Positions 46,919 to 56,777 of a stretch of 64,000 nt of DNA are shown here, in pieces. The notes under the pieces were generated by a model. It was not told the origin of the DNA, searched no databases, and worked only from the letters and a program-made list of their open reading frames with translations. A program made the position numbers and the translations under genes. This DNA is from an uncultured Poribacteria bacterium (GTDB lineage: Bacteria > Poribacteria > WGA-4E > WGA-3G). The stretch's first letter is position 1. Each line of letters begins with the position of its first letter. The DNA is taken from NCBI GenBank assembly GCA_958296135.2, contig CATQHZ020000001.1, forward strand, positions 4,800,001-4,864,000, read 5' to 3'.

Positions 46919-48104
46919 AAGCGCGATAATGCTCCTGCGCGAGGCCGTGCCTGCCGAGACTCTCGTATAACTTCGCGAGGTTCAGGTGAAAATAGGGCTG
47001 CGCGCCGTTGAGTTCAATCGCCTTCCGATAGGCACTGATTGCCTGCTGCGCATCCCCCTGCATCGCATAAGCACTGCCGAGGGTATTATAGAGCACCGCC
47101 AAGCGAGAACGGGAGGACTCGTTGGCAGGGCCAAGCAATTGGATTGCCTTCCGAGCCGCTTCCGCTGCAGGTTTCGGATAGCCGAGGTTCACGAACGCTT
47201 GGCTGAGCCCGTGATAAAAATTCGCCTCGTTCGGCGCAAGTTCAATGCATTTTTGCAACACCCGCACCGCTTCCGCATAGTTCTTTTGATAGATAAGCAA
47301 ACTCGCCAAACCAGCCCATCCCTCCAGATTCTTCGGCTCAGCGCGAGTGAGCCGAGAGAGGCGTTCATACTCAGCGTATTCCTTTTGGAGCTGCTGATAG
47401 ACGCGCATTTCTTCCCGGCCTTTCTCCCGGTTGCCCATGCGGAGATACGCCGTGCCGAGCCCATAGTGCGGCTCTGCATAACGCGCCGGACCGAATTGCA
47501 GTGCCTGCTTGAAGTTCTCTATCGCCGCCGGGTACGCCTTCAAATTGAGATAGGCCGTGCCGAGCTCCTGATAGGTGCCAGCCGCGTTCGGTTTCAGCGC
47601 GAGAGCCTGCGTTAAGGTATCGACTGCCGCCGCATAGTGCCGAAGTTTCACCTGTGCCTTGCCGAGCACCTCATACCCGCGCGCGTGCTGCGGCGACAGC
47701 GCGACAACCCGCTGCAACGGTGCCACTGCCGCCTCCCATTCGTCCATCCTAAAATGCGCAACGCCGAGGGAATAGAGGGCCTCAATGTTATCCGGCACCA
47801 ACGCCAACGAACGTTGATAGGCATCGACAGCCTTTTTCCAGAACTGTTCTTGTGCATAAGCCATGCCGAGATAGTGGTGAATTTCGTAGTGTGCCGGTTC
47901 ACTGGCGAGTGCGGCTTCAAACGCAGCAATTGCCCCTTGATTATCTCCCTGAAAGAGGCGGACAAATCCGTGTTCAACGTGCTGCACGTAAGTGCTGTGC
48001 GCGTCTGCACCGTGTCCCTCAAGCGGCCAGCATAGGCAAAGCACTGTTATTGCCAGTAGGACAGCCCTCCCTGTCGCGACTCCTGCTTTCAACCATTTTT
48101 GCAT
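46881..48104 (-). CDS. Secreted tetratricopeptide repeat protein
   Basis: Signal peptide; many TPR-like units (LGMAY, LGVAH, LGTAY, LGSAY). Confidence 0.9.
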   Translation of the reverse strand: MQKWLKAGVATGRAVLLAITVLCLCWPLEGHGADAHSTYVQHVEHGFVRLFQGDNQGAIAAFEAALASEPAHYEIHHYLGMAYAQEQFWKKAVDAYQRSLALVPDNIEALYSLGVAHFRMDEWEAAVAPLQRVVALSPQHARGYEVLGKAQVKLRHYAAAVDTLTQALALKPNAAGTYQELGTAYLNLKAYPAAIENFKQALQFGPARYAEPHYGLGTAYLRMGNREKGREEMRVYQQLQKEYAEYERLSRLTRAEPKNLEGWAGLASLLIYQKNYAEAVRVLQKCIELAPNEANFYHGLSQAFVNLGYPKPAAEAARKAIQLLGPANESSRSRLAVLYNTLGSAYAMQGDAQQAISAYRKAIELNGAQPYFHLNLAKLYESLGRHGLAQEHYRAYEHYKKMAAQEK

Positions 48105-48310
48105 TGGATTCTCCTAAGGGGTTGGAGATTTGGTTAAATGTTAACCGTTATGAGAAAAAAAGTCAAGGAAATAACGTCCTTCGGCCCACATGTGCGGAAA
48201 ACCTGAAATGGATAGACAACAACTGAACGCCAAAGAGATTCGCTGTCACCGATTTAACGCCCGAATTCATCTATTATTGTGGAAACTTCGCAATTAAGAG
48301 CGGCAGTCTT

Positions 48311-48571
48311 CTAAGCAGACACAAGTTCAAACGTGACGATAGGACTGCTCAGCGCATTGCCCGCATCGCTGAGGCTCGCCGTCAGCGTTAACGTCTCACC
48401 CGCCGTGGGAAGCCACGTCGCAGAAAGCCCACTCAGCGTCAGCGTGACGGTATGCGTGTGCACCACATTGCCCGTGTCGTGTGCATCGCTGACAGCAGCC
48501 AGAACCAAGGACACGGCGAACAGCAAACCCAACACCCTCACTCCTGAAACACGCGCTCTTGAAACCTTCAT
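48311..48571 (-). pseudogene. Truncated 5' fragment of a secreted protein
   Basis: AAGGAGGAG SD, signal peptide, and an abrupt stop after ~86 aa; FELVS resembles FTLTDVSS in 52091-52535. Confidence 0.5.
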
Positions 48572-48583
48572 CCGTTCTCCTCC

Positions 48584-49681
48584 TTAGTCCCCGGCGGCAC
48601 CAACGGGGTGAATCAATGGCGCACCCGCTTGAATCGCTATGATATTGTTCCGCATCATGCCCATGAAATCTATGCTTGTCATGTTCTGATACACTTCCAG
48701 GGCCTTGTCGTATTGCCCCAGGTATTCGTAGCATTCCGCTAACAGGAAGTTATATTTCGGAATGCGGGCATCGAGCCGTATCGCCTTCTGGATGTAGCCG
48801 AGCGCCTCGTGCGGATGGGTTTGCCGCAGCTTCCAGGCAAGGTCGCGGAGGGCAATGGAAGAGTTCGGATCCAGCGCGAGCATCTGGCGTAACGCGGCGA
48901 GGGCTTCTTCCTTTCTGCCGAGCCTATCCAGGACGAGAGACAAGACATGGCGCGCCGCCGGGGACTTCCGATGCTTGCGAACCGCTTTCTCCGCATACTT
49001 CAACGCTAAGCCCTCAGCCATATGGTAACGCAAACAGTACTTTGCGGCCGTGAGCAGGTCAAGCCCCTCAAAGCGAATCTCGTCCCTTTTTCGATCGAGT
49101 CTTTTATATTCTGCCTCGCTCAGCGTCCCTGCCACGCGTTTCTGATCCATTTCCAGCGCAATCGCGTCCATTCGCTTGTTTTGCGACTCGGAGAATGTCA
49201 CGGCATCGGCGACGGTATCGTAGTCCCATAACTCGCCGAGACTCGGCGGATTATGGGGATCGGCAATCGGCGGCACGATGAACCAGGGCTGCCACGCCAG
49301 TTCCGGATGTTCAGCAACTTGGCGTTTGCGGGCTTCCCAGGTGGCCGCCGGGCGAATTGGGGGGTTGCGGAACAGTTCAAGTTGCCGCGCGGCCGGGATA
49401 CGTGTCAATGTCGGCCGTGGGGGGACGCGCACCGGGGGGCTGTCGGCGTGTCCGGCGTGTCCGTCCGCCGGATGCGAGTGTTCACCGGGTGCGAGTGGGT
49501 GCCGTCCGTCATCGTGCGGGTGTCCATCGTCTGTCTGCTGAGCGGCAGTCCTGGGCATCGGCTGTTCCTGTCGCTCGCCGCAGCCCGTGCAGCCGGCAAA
49601 GACAAGCCAGCTGAACGCGAACGCGCTGAGCCAGCAGCCCCAGGGTTGAGAGCGGCGTTGCAGTCTGTCTCTGATGTTCAT
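48584..49681 (-). CDS. TPR lipoprotein, signal family B
   Basis: GAGGAG SD; FAGCTGC lipobox; His/Pro-rich linker; C-terminal TPRs (LALDPNS, YLGQYDKALEVY). Confidence 0.8.
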   Translation of the reverse strand: MNIRDRLQRRSQPWGCWLSAFAFSWLVFAGCTGCGERQEQPMPRTAAQQTDDGHPHDDGRHPLAPGEHSHPADGHAGHADSPPVRVPPRPTLTRIPAARQLELFRNPPIRPAATWEARKRQVAEHPELAWQPWFIVPPIADPHNPPSLGELWDYDTVADAVTFSESQNKRMDAIALEMDQKRVAGTLSEAEYKRLDRKRDEIRFEGLDLLTAAKYCLRYHMAEGLALKYAEKAVRKHRKSPAARHVLSLVLDRLGRKEEALAALRQMLALDPNSSIALRDLAWKLRQTHPHEALGYIQKAIRLDARIPKYNFLLAECYEYLGQYDKALEVYQNMTSIDFMGMMRNNIIAIQAGAPLIHPVGAAGD

Positions 49682-50172
49682 TGTCTTTCTCCTCGGAGCG
49701 GCTCGGGTGGAGCCACAAGTGTGTTGAGTGGCTTCTGCCACAACCTTGCGGGGATGTCACTGGTTTTGGAAACCCGCTGCATCTTATTCAAAGGTATCCC
49801 CTGTTGTGGTGTTTTGTCAACAAGGTTCTGTCGGCACGTTCGCCCGAGTGGCAAAGGGAGACATGAGCGACGGAGAGTGGGCGCGGCGGCGCGGTGCAAT
49901 TGAGGCATCGCCGCGTGCGGTGTCTCCACCGGTGCCGGCGCGGGTGTGTCTGCTGCTGGCGGTGTGTGCTGCGCTGTCGGCTCGCACCCCGCACACAGCC
50001 ACACGCTAAACAGCGCAAGGCCGCAACACAGGTGGGCCAACCCACGCATCAGAAGCCTGCAGAATGGGATATTCACTAAAGCAAGCCTGAACATTTCATG
50101 TGTCGCCGCAGAAAAAGCGGTAGTGCAGCACACGAGGAAAAAGACACCAAAGAAAAACGTCATTTTCATCAT
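49678..50172 (-). pseudogene. Chimeric deletion product: foreign signal peptide + family-A lipoprotein 5' end + tail duplicated at ~53514-53747
   Basis: Contains the ~100-bp family-A repeat but no TPR body. Confidence 0.55.
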
Positions 50173-52047
50173 GGAATTTCCCCCGCTTCAATCAGTTCAA
50201 TGAGGTCGCGTCTGTGAGCCGAGCGGTGAATCGTCTGGGCACGCTTCAAGTATTCCAACGCCTTGTCGCCATCACCGAGTTGTAGATATGCACTTCCCAA
50301 GAGGGCAAATGCGGAACCTTGTTTAGCGTGAGGGTCTAATTGGGCAGACTTTTCGAGGTAAGGAATGGCTTCTACAATGTTGGTGCGACTCATTCCTACA
50401 CCTATGAGATTCATTCCCAATTCACGGAGGATGCGCGCAGAATCGGGTTGCATTTCCAGTAGATGGCGAAACCCTGCAATTTTTTCCGGCGTTTCGTCAG
50501 GCTGTAGGATTGTCCAGACATAGAGGGTGTTAAAGTCGTCCGGAGACGCTTCTAGTGCTTGTGCAGCAAATTCCTGGGCGTATGTTATGTCCCAATAGCC
50601 GGTCACGAAGATATACTTCGCCACGGCTAAGGCAGGCAAGTCTTCGGCGAGAATCGCAAGTTCTATGCGAGCGCGCTGCTCCTTCGTCACAGGGGTCTCG
50701 TGATTTTTAAAGTATAATACCCCTTCCTCTGTCCAGAGTAAGTGTTGGAGTTCTTCCAGGCGGCGTGCGGTTTCTCCTGGAAGCACGGGCGACGATTTCC
50801 GGGGAAAATTCTCCAAGAAGGGCGAAGTAGGATGCAGCGTGTATGCCAAGTTCGGTGTCCAGAGCAGCGGATCACCGTGATAATCCACCGGTGGGGGTTC
50901 TCCCGTTTCGGTCATGCCGGTATAGGGGTCGGTGCCCTCCGGAGGTTCCGCCCTGAGTAAGGCGGTGGGTGCCGGTGCCGGGCGTTCCTCCACACCCGGC
51001 GGCTCCGCCGGTGCGGTGGGTGGCGCGGTATGGGGTGTTTCTGCGGTAAGCGGTGTGGGCGGTGTGCGCTGCGCTGTCGGTTCACACCCCGCACACAGCA
51101 CCACGCTAAACAGCGCGAGGCCGCAACACAGGTGGGCCAACCCACGCATCAGAAGCCTGCAGAATGGAACGCCTACTAAAACCTGTCTTAACATCTTATC
51201 TTCCTCCTTTGCATCGCAGCCGCTACCGCAGCGAAAACTATTCCCCGGCAAACGGCAGTTGGCTGACGCGGGGCGGCAGTGACGATACCGGCACCGTCCC
51301 CGCGGCGCGCTGTTGTTCAAGCAGCCGCTCGTAATGCTCAATCCGCACGGGATCCATGAGGCCGATGTAAACAAATTGGTGGTGCGGTATCCTTTTGACA
51401 AGCACTGGAATGAGGGCGCGCTGCTCCCGCGCCTCGGCGATGCCCTTTTCATACTCACCCACCTCACAATAGAGGTGTGCCAACACCGATGTCTGGAGGA
51501 GATGTCCCTGCGCTTTCGCCACGCGCTTCCCTTCTTCCCAGACAGAAATGACAGCGAGTTTCTCGGCGCGCGTCTGCTGCGGTAAATAGGCAGCGAGCCC
51601 CCGATACAACCACGGATTGTTCGGTTCCCACCGGAGCATCTTGCGATGGACAGCTGCATGAACGGCGCTGTCGGCGGTGATTTGCAGCACGCTCAGTAAC
51701 GCCCACAGTTCTGCTTTGGTGTCCGGAATCAGTGCCGCGAGGCGTTCGGGATCTGCTGCCGCCGCGTTCAGGTGCATCGTCCACCACTCCCGATTCGCCT
51801 CAGTGATGGGTGGGCGGGTGTCGTCTGTGTCGGCTGCCACCACCGGTGCCGGGCCTACTGCCGCTTCGGACACGGGTGGGGGTGCCGGCGCATCGGGTGT
51901 CTCCACCGGTGCCGGCGCGGGTGTCTCTGCCGCCGGCGGTGGGGTGCGCTGCGCTGTCGGTTCACACCCCGCACACAGCACCACGCTAAACAGCGCGAGG
52001 CCGCAACACAGGTGGGCCAACCCACGCATCAGAAGCCTGCAGAATGG
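49968..52047 (-). repeat. Three dispersed ~100-bp near-identical repeats encoding a lipoprotein signal (49968-50067, 51068-51167, 51948-52047)
   Basis: Encode PFCRLLMRGLAHLCCGLALFSV.LCAGCEPTAQ. Confidence 0.92.
50169..51194 (-). CDS. TPR lipoprotein, signal family A
   Basis: AAAGGAGG SD; CAGC lipobox; Pro-rich linker; PDDFNTL, EAIPYLEK, LGDGDKALEY. Confidence 0.8.
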   Translation of the reverse strand: MLRQVLVGVPFCRLLMRGLAHLCCGLALFSVVLCAGCEPTAQRTPPTPLTAETPHTAPPTAPAEPPGVEERPAPAPTALLRAEPPEGTDPYTGMTETGEPPPVDYHGDPLLWTPNLAYTLHPTSPFLENFPRKSSPVLPGETARRLEELQHLLWTEEGVLYFKNHETPVTKEQRARIELAILAEDLPALAVAKYIFVTGYWDITYAQEFAAQALEASPDDFNTLYVWTILQPDETPEKIAGFRHLLEMQPDSARILRELGMNLIGVGMSRTNIVEAIPYLEKSAQLDPHAKQGSAFALLGSAYLQLGDGDKALEYLKRAQTIHRSAHRRDLIELIEAGEIP

Positions 52048-52074
52048 GGTATTCACTAAAACAGGTCTGAACAT
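51238..52074 (-). CDS. TPR-like lipoprotein, signal family A (divergent body)
   Basis: AAGGAGG SD; same signal repeat; WEPNNPWLY, VGEYEKGI. Confidence 0.75.
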   Translation of the reverse strand: MFRPVLVNTPFCRLLMRGLAHLCCGLALFSVVLCAGCEPTAQRTPPPAAETPAPAPVETPDAPAPPPVSEAAVGPAPVVAADTDDTRPPITEANREWWTMHLNAAAADPERLAALIPDTKAELWALLSVLQITADSAVHAAVHRKMLRWEPNNPWLYRGLAAYLPQQTRAEKLAVISVWEEGKRVAKAQGHLLQTSVLAHLYCEVGEYEKGIAEAREQRALIPVLVKRIPHHQFVYIGLMDPVRIEHYERLLEQQRAAGTVPVSSLPPRVSQLPFAGE

Positions 52075-52090
52075 TTCATGTGCCTCCTTC

Positions 52091-52537
52091 TCATCGCTGC
52101 CCGTGCAACTGGCTGACGCGAGGCGACACGCACGTGACTGCCACCGTCTGCCTATCGGCACTCGCCTTATAAGTCAGCCCTGGCACGGCCGGCTGGGTGT
52201 CATCAAACACCAGATCTTTTGCCGAACGCAACTGCGAACCAACATTCAGACAGTAGCCGGCGTAAGAGGAGACATCCGTGAGGGTGAAGGTGTAAGAGGT
52301 AGTCCGGTGCGCGTCTGTCTCGTTAGCCGTGCCATCAAGGGTTGCCTGAAAAGCGACGTTTGTCTCGTAGACAGGGTGCCACGTCTGCCACCACGCCAGT
52401 GAATCGTTTTTCTCAGCGGGGTTCAAGACGCAGGAGAAGCCGGGCTGCTGTGCCTGGCAGGGACACGGCAAGAACACCCAACCACTCACCGCAGCGAGAA
52501 TTAGAAGGAAGAGTAGCGGTTGTTTTTTCATTTTCAT
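52091..52537 (-). pseudogene. Truncated 5' fragment of a secreted protein
   Basis: GAGGA SD, signal peptide (MKMKKQPLLFLLILAA), ends abruptly at SPRVSQL, a junction also seen at ~51256. Confidence 0.5.
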
Positions 52538-52546
52538 GTGGTTTCC

Positions 52547-53509
52547 TCAGTGGGCTCGCTTCTTTGCGAGTTCCCGCTTAATCACCGGGATATAAAGCGA
52601 GGTGCCATCAGTCGGCCCGGTGAACCTTTCACTCGCTTGAAAGTATCGGAGGGCTTTTTCATAGTCCCCTAAGGTAAAGTAGGCGCAACCCAAAACATAG
52701 ATAGCCCCGGGCCACCGGGGGTTGAGGTGATAAACCTTCTCAAGGTAGGGGATGGCTTCACGCGGTTCGGGGTGGTGATCCACCAGGTGTGTCGCTAAGC
52801 CAAAGAGGGCCCCCACCGATTCGGGACGCATCTCAAGCAAGCGGCGCCGGACGGCTTCCACCTCCACCGGTTTGTCATCCTTATTCATGCCACACCAGTA
52901 ACTCAGCGTGTCAAAGTCATCCGGATTTGCTTCGCGGGCGATGTCAAGCAGGCGTTTCGCTTCCTGTTGTAACCCGCCGATCGCTAACACAAACAGGGCG
53001 GCCGGGAGCGGCTCTAGTCCTTCTGCAAGAATCTCCGCGGTTTTTTTGTCGTAGACAGCTACTGGCATGCTGCTGCCATCTAACTGTAACTGTTCAAGGC
53101 GGCGGACTTTTTCGCCATAGATGGGATACCAGTCGCCGTTTTCGTCCACCCTAAAGAGGTGGGGGTTATTTCGGATGACATCTCGCATAGGGAACGGGGA
53201 TTCTTTTAGCACATAGTGTCCGTGCGGTCTGTGGGGCGGTGTTTCCGGGAAAACGATACTGTTACAAAAGGTGTCGGTGTCCGCCGGTGCTGCCGATTTT
53301 GTGATGCTCAGTTGTTCCGCGGCAGGGTGCCCCCTGTCATCGTGCTGCTGTCCATCGGGTGTTTGCGTCGGCGAGGCTATCGGTGTCGAGGGTTCCGGGT
53401 GCTGCCCGCAGCCCGTACAGCCGGTAAGCCCTAGCACGCAGAACGTAAAGAGGCAGAGCAACACCCTACCGGGGGAATAGCGGCGTTCTCGTCTGTCTCG
53501 CGTTTTCAC
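52547..53509 (-). CDS. TPR lipoprotein, signal family B (GTG start)
   Basis: GAGGAG SD; LTGCTGC lipobox; PDDFDTL, EAIPYLEK, LGDYEKALRY. Confidence 0.8.
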   Translation of the reverse strand: MKTRDRRERRYSPGRVLLCLFTFCVLGLTGCTGCGQHPEPSTPIASPTQTPDGQQHDDRGHPAAEQLSITKSAAPADTDTFCNSIVFPETPPHRPHGHYVLKESPFPMRDVIRNNPHLFRVDENGDWYPIYGEKVRRLEQLQLDGSSMPVAVYDKKTAEILAEGLEPLPAALFVLAIGGLQQEAKRLLDIAREANPDDFDTLSYWCGMNKDDKPVEVEAVRRRLLEMRPESVGALFGLATHLVDHHPEPREAIPYLEKVYHLNPRWPGAIYVLGCAYFTLGDYEKALRYFQASERFTGPTDGTSLYIPVIKRELAKKRAH

Positions 53510-53589
53510 GGTATTTCTCCTCGGCGTGGCTTCAAGGGAAAGCCACAAGTCATTCACATTCATTCTCCCCCCAAAGTGAGGGGATGTCC

Positions 53590-54080
53590 CTATTTTTTCG
53601 GAAACTTTGCATCAGGTTTCAAAGGTATCACCGGTTGTGGTTTGTTGGCACCCCAGTGGCGTTGGCGCGTTCGCCGCGTGGGCAAGTGGAGACGTGAACC
53701 GGCGGCGGGTGGGGCGCGGCGGCGCGGTGCAATGGAGGTATCACCGCAGACGCACCGCGTCGCGCCCGGTTTCCAAGCGGTTTCCCGTTCACCGCGATGC
53801 CGCAATCACGTGCGGACTTCCATCCGGGGACAGCGGCACCACCGGGGGCGTGCCACAGCAACCACCGCCTGGTGGGGCCGCCGTCGGCGCAGCAGGCCTT
53901 ACACTCGCACAGCGGGCGCGGCAACTTCAACAAAGCCAGCACGAGGCGGTGGCACAGGGGCCAGCACCGGGACGCACTGTGGTTTCTGCGTTTGACTCTG
54001 CGCAAGGATGATACCTGCACCCAATAGGGTTAGCACGAGCATCGCTGCTATACTCCAGAAAAGGGGTTCTCGAAACTTTA
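53590..54080 (-). pseudogene. Degenerate fragments of a secreted protein gene
   Basis: GAGGAGG SD followed by ATA in place of ATG, signal-like WSIAAMLVLTLLGAGIILAQ, early stop; 3' part duplicated at ~49686-49915. Confidence 0.4.
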
Positions 54081-54556
54081 TTGGATTCCTCCTCTATCAA
54101 GTTATGATGCTTTCTCAACAGAAAGCAATTCCCATACGCTTTTACAAGGATACCACATTAAACCACACTCAATCAACCCATTTGCGAATCAAATAGGTAA
54201 CTTCACCTGGATACGCTGTTCTTTAGCAACAGCCCGTTCCTCCGGTTGGAGATGCGCGGGAGCCGCAAGGGAATAGGCGGTATCCGTATCAACCTGCGTC
54301 AAACGAGCACGAGGGAGCATTTTATGCGCTCATTAGGGAAGTGGAAGAAAGGGGAGAAAAGGTTACATCTTTTTTAGGAGGACATTGGAAAAATGGACGA
54401 ACCTAAAGAAGCCACGCTCGCACAGGACAGGCACCCGCACTACGAGCCACGGGTGGGTTTGTTGGCAAAACCAAACAACACCGCACAAAAATTAAAATCG
54501 ACTTGACGCAAAATACCGAATATGATAAACTTGGTTATCATTTCAAGGATTGTAAA

Positions 54557-55303
54557 ATGCGAAACATCAAACTGGTGCTGGAATATGACGGCACGAACTA
54601 CCACGGATGGCAAATCCAACCCAACCTCCCGACAATTCAGGGAGAGGTTGAAGATGCACTGACGAAATTGGCAAAGGCACCTATCCAGATTATCGGCGCG
54701 GGGAGGACAGATAGCGGTGTCCACGCCGAAGGACAAGTCGCGAATTTCCACACCGATGTGCAAATACCGACTGTCGCTTTTCAGAAGGGACTCAACACCA
54801 TTCTGCCGCGGGATATCGTCGTCTGTGAGGCGATAGAGGTACCAGCAGAATTTCACGCACGGTTTAGTGCCACCAGCCGACGGTATCGGTATACGATTCT
54901 GAATCGCGCCTATTCCTCCGCGCTGTCGCGGCACAGAAGTTATTTTCATCCGGCGGCGATTGACGTTTCGCAAGTGGACGCGCTGTGCCAAAGTCTAGTG
55001 GGGAAACGCGATTTCTCCGCTTTCCAGAAAACGGGGAGTGATAGGTTGAATCCGGTGTGCGAAATTTATGAGGCGCGTTGTTGGAAGGCGGGTGAACACG
55101 TCTATCTTGAAATTGAGGCGGATGCGTTTCTACGGGGGATGGTGCGCGCCATCGTTGGGACAGTGCTAAAATATCAGCATTGCGAGGACGCAGCGACGCA
55201 ACTTCGTCGCATTGTGGAAGCGAAAGAGCGGACAGCCGCAGGACCCGCCGTGCCTGCCCACGGGTTGTCACTTACCCATGTCAAATACAGTGGAGGGATG
55301 TAG
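54557..55303 (+). CDS. truA: tRNA pseudouridine(38-40) synthase
   Basis: EYDGTNYHGWQ, AGRTDSGVHA, FHARFSA, FLRGMVR, GLSL; upstream TTGACG-17bp-TAAACT. Confidence 0.96.
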   Translation: MRNIKLVLEYDGTNYHGWQIQPNLPTIQGEVEDALTKLAKAPIQIIGAGRTDSGVHAEGQVANFHTDVQIPTVAFQKGLNTILPRDIVVCEAIEVPAEFHARFSATSRRYRYTILNRAYSSALSRHRSYFHPAAIDVSQVDALCQSLVGKRDFSAFQKTGSDRLNPVCEIYEARCWKAGEHVYLEIEADAFLRGMVRAIVGTVLKYQHCEDAATQLRRIVEAKERTAAGPAVPAHGLSLTHVKYSGGM

Positions 55304-55690
55304 GAGGGACATCCGTGTCCCGATACCGGCAAGAAATCGAAACAGGCAGGGCGCACCTACCGGCAGACAACTTACCTATGTCAAATACTGTAGGAGGGAC
55401 ATCCGTGTCCCGATACCGGCAAGAAATCGATAACGGCAGGGCGCACCTACCGGCAGACAACTTACCTATGTCAAATACTGTAGGAGGGACATCCGTGTCC
55501 CGATACCGGCAAGAAATCGAAACAGGCAGGGCGCACCTACCGGCAGACAACTTACCTATGTCAAATACTGTAGGAGGGATGTAGGAGGGACATCCGTGTC
55601 CCGATACCGGCAAGAAATCGATACCGGCAGGGCGCACCTACCGGCAGACAACGGACAAGAAATCGAGACCGGGAGGTCTCTCCTACCGGT
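55271..55690 (+). repeat. ~90-bp tandem repeat (about 4 units) combining the truA 3' end with GTAGGAGGGAC..GTCCCGATA REP-like palindromes
   Basis: cttacctatgtcaaatactgtaggagggacatccgtgtcccgata... at 55371, 55461 and 55551, with a variant at 55271. Confidence 0.9.
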
Positions 55691-55708
55691 ATACGATGGA
55701 GGGAATTT

Positions 55709-56722
55709 ATGGATTATGCTCAAACTTTGAATGAACTTGAAACGCTTGTCACCGAAACGTTTGGGCTCTGGGAGCACAATCGCGTCGGCTTCCAGTGGCG
55801 GCACTACACATGGAACCATACGTTACGCGTACGCGCGATGGGCATGGAACTCGGCAAACGCGAAGGAGGCGACGTCAAACTGCTCGAAATCGCCGGCACC
55901 CTGCACGACATCACCAAGCGTTACGACGGTGTCATCTTAACTGACGATAACGGCCGCAGAATTCTGGACCCGAGCGGCTTCTGGCTCAACGAAACCCTCA
56001 CGCCAAGCGAACAGAATATCGTCACCGAACTTTACGATAAGCACAACCTCCACGGAAAGGTGCATCACGAATCGGGGGCAGTCATCACGCAGCACATTTT
56101 GGCGAAGTATGACTTTGAGCCGGCATTCGTTGAAGCCGCCACAGCCATCGTCTTGGCGCATCTGAAGCCGATGAATCTGACCGCGGCGGACTTCAATCTG
56201 CTGTATCGCAACATTGAGAACCAGATTCTATACGATGCCGATACCATGGATCCGAATGTCGGGTATACCGCCTTCTTCCGGAACATCCATATCCACGCGC
56301 ATTTCGCGCTACAGCGCGGCAAATTTGAACTGGAGGACTACGTGCGCAACCTGCCGCGATGGATTAATTCCAAGCAGGAATTTGTCGATAAACTGCTGAC
56401 TGCCTCCTCGCGCGAGGTAGCGCAAGCCCGACAGGACCGGAACCAGCAACTCTTTGTGCAGATGGTGGCGGAGTTGGAGGACATGGAGATAAATCGGAAA
56501 TACGGGTTACTCGGCTTAATCGAGTACTTCGTCAGTGAAACGACAGACCCGCATTTTCTAAACCAGCTCACCTATCTGCAAACCGAGTGGCTCCCACAGC
56601 GGCGGCAGTGGTTGGCTGAGGAGGAGAAAAGCGGTTCGGCACGCGACCGGGCGCAAGCAGCAATCGCTCGGGTTGATAATTTCTTAACGCTGCTCGACCG
56701 GGAACGCCGAGGGGAGATTTAA
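55709..56722 (+). CDS. HD domain metalloprotein
   Basis: NHTLRV, LHDITK, HHESG, AH, DADTMD. Confidence 0.85.
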   Translation: MDYAQTLNELETLVTETFGLWEHNRVGFQWRHYTWNHTLRVRAMGMELGKREGGDVKLLEIAGTLHDITKRYDGVILTDDNGRRILDPSGFWLNETLTPSEQNIVTELYDKHNLHGKVHHESGAVITQHILAKYDFEPAFVEAATAIVLAHLKPMNLTAADFNLLYRNIENQILYDADTMDPNVGYTAFFRNIHIHAHFALQRGKFELEDYVRNLPRWINSKQEFVDKLLTASSREVAQARQDRNQQLFVQMVAELEDMEINRKYGLLGLIEYFVSETTDPHFLNQLTYLQTEWLPQRRQWLAEEEKSGSARDRAQAAIARVDNFLTLLDRERRGEI

Positions 56723-56777
56723 GCAGCACAAACACCGCAAGCGCGGTTTGCAACCGCGCCTACCGGTCTGGAGGTTT

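Noticed and set aside
55271-55690. Possible CRISPR array
   Set aside because: The units are near-identical along their whole length with no unique spacers, and no cas genes are in the window.
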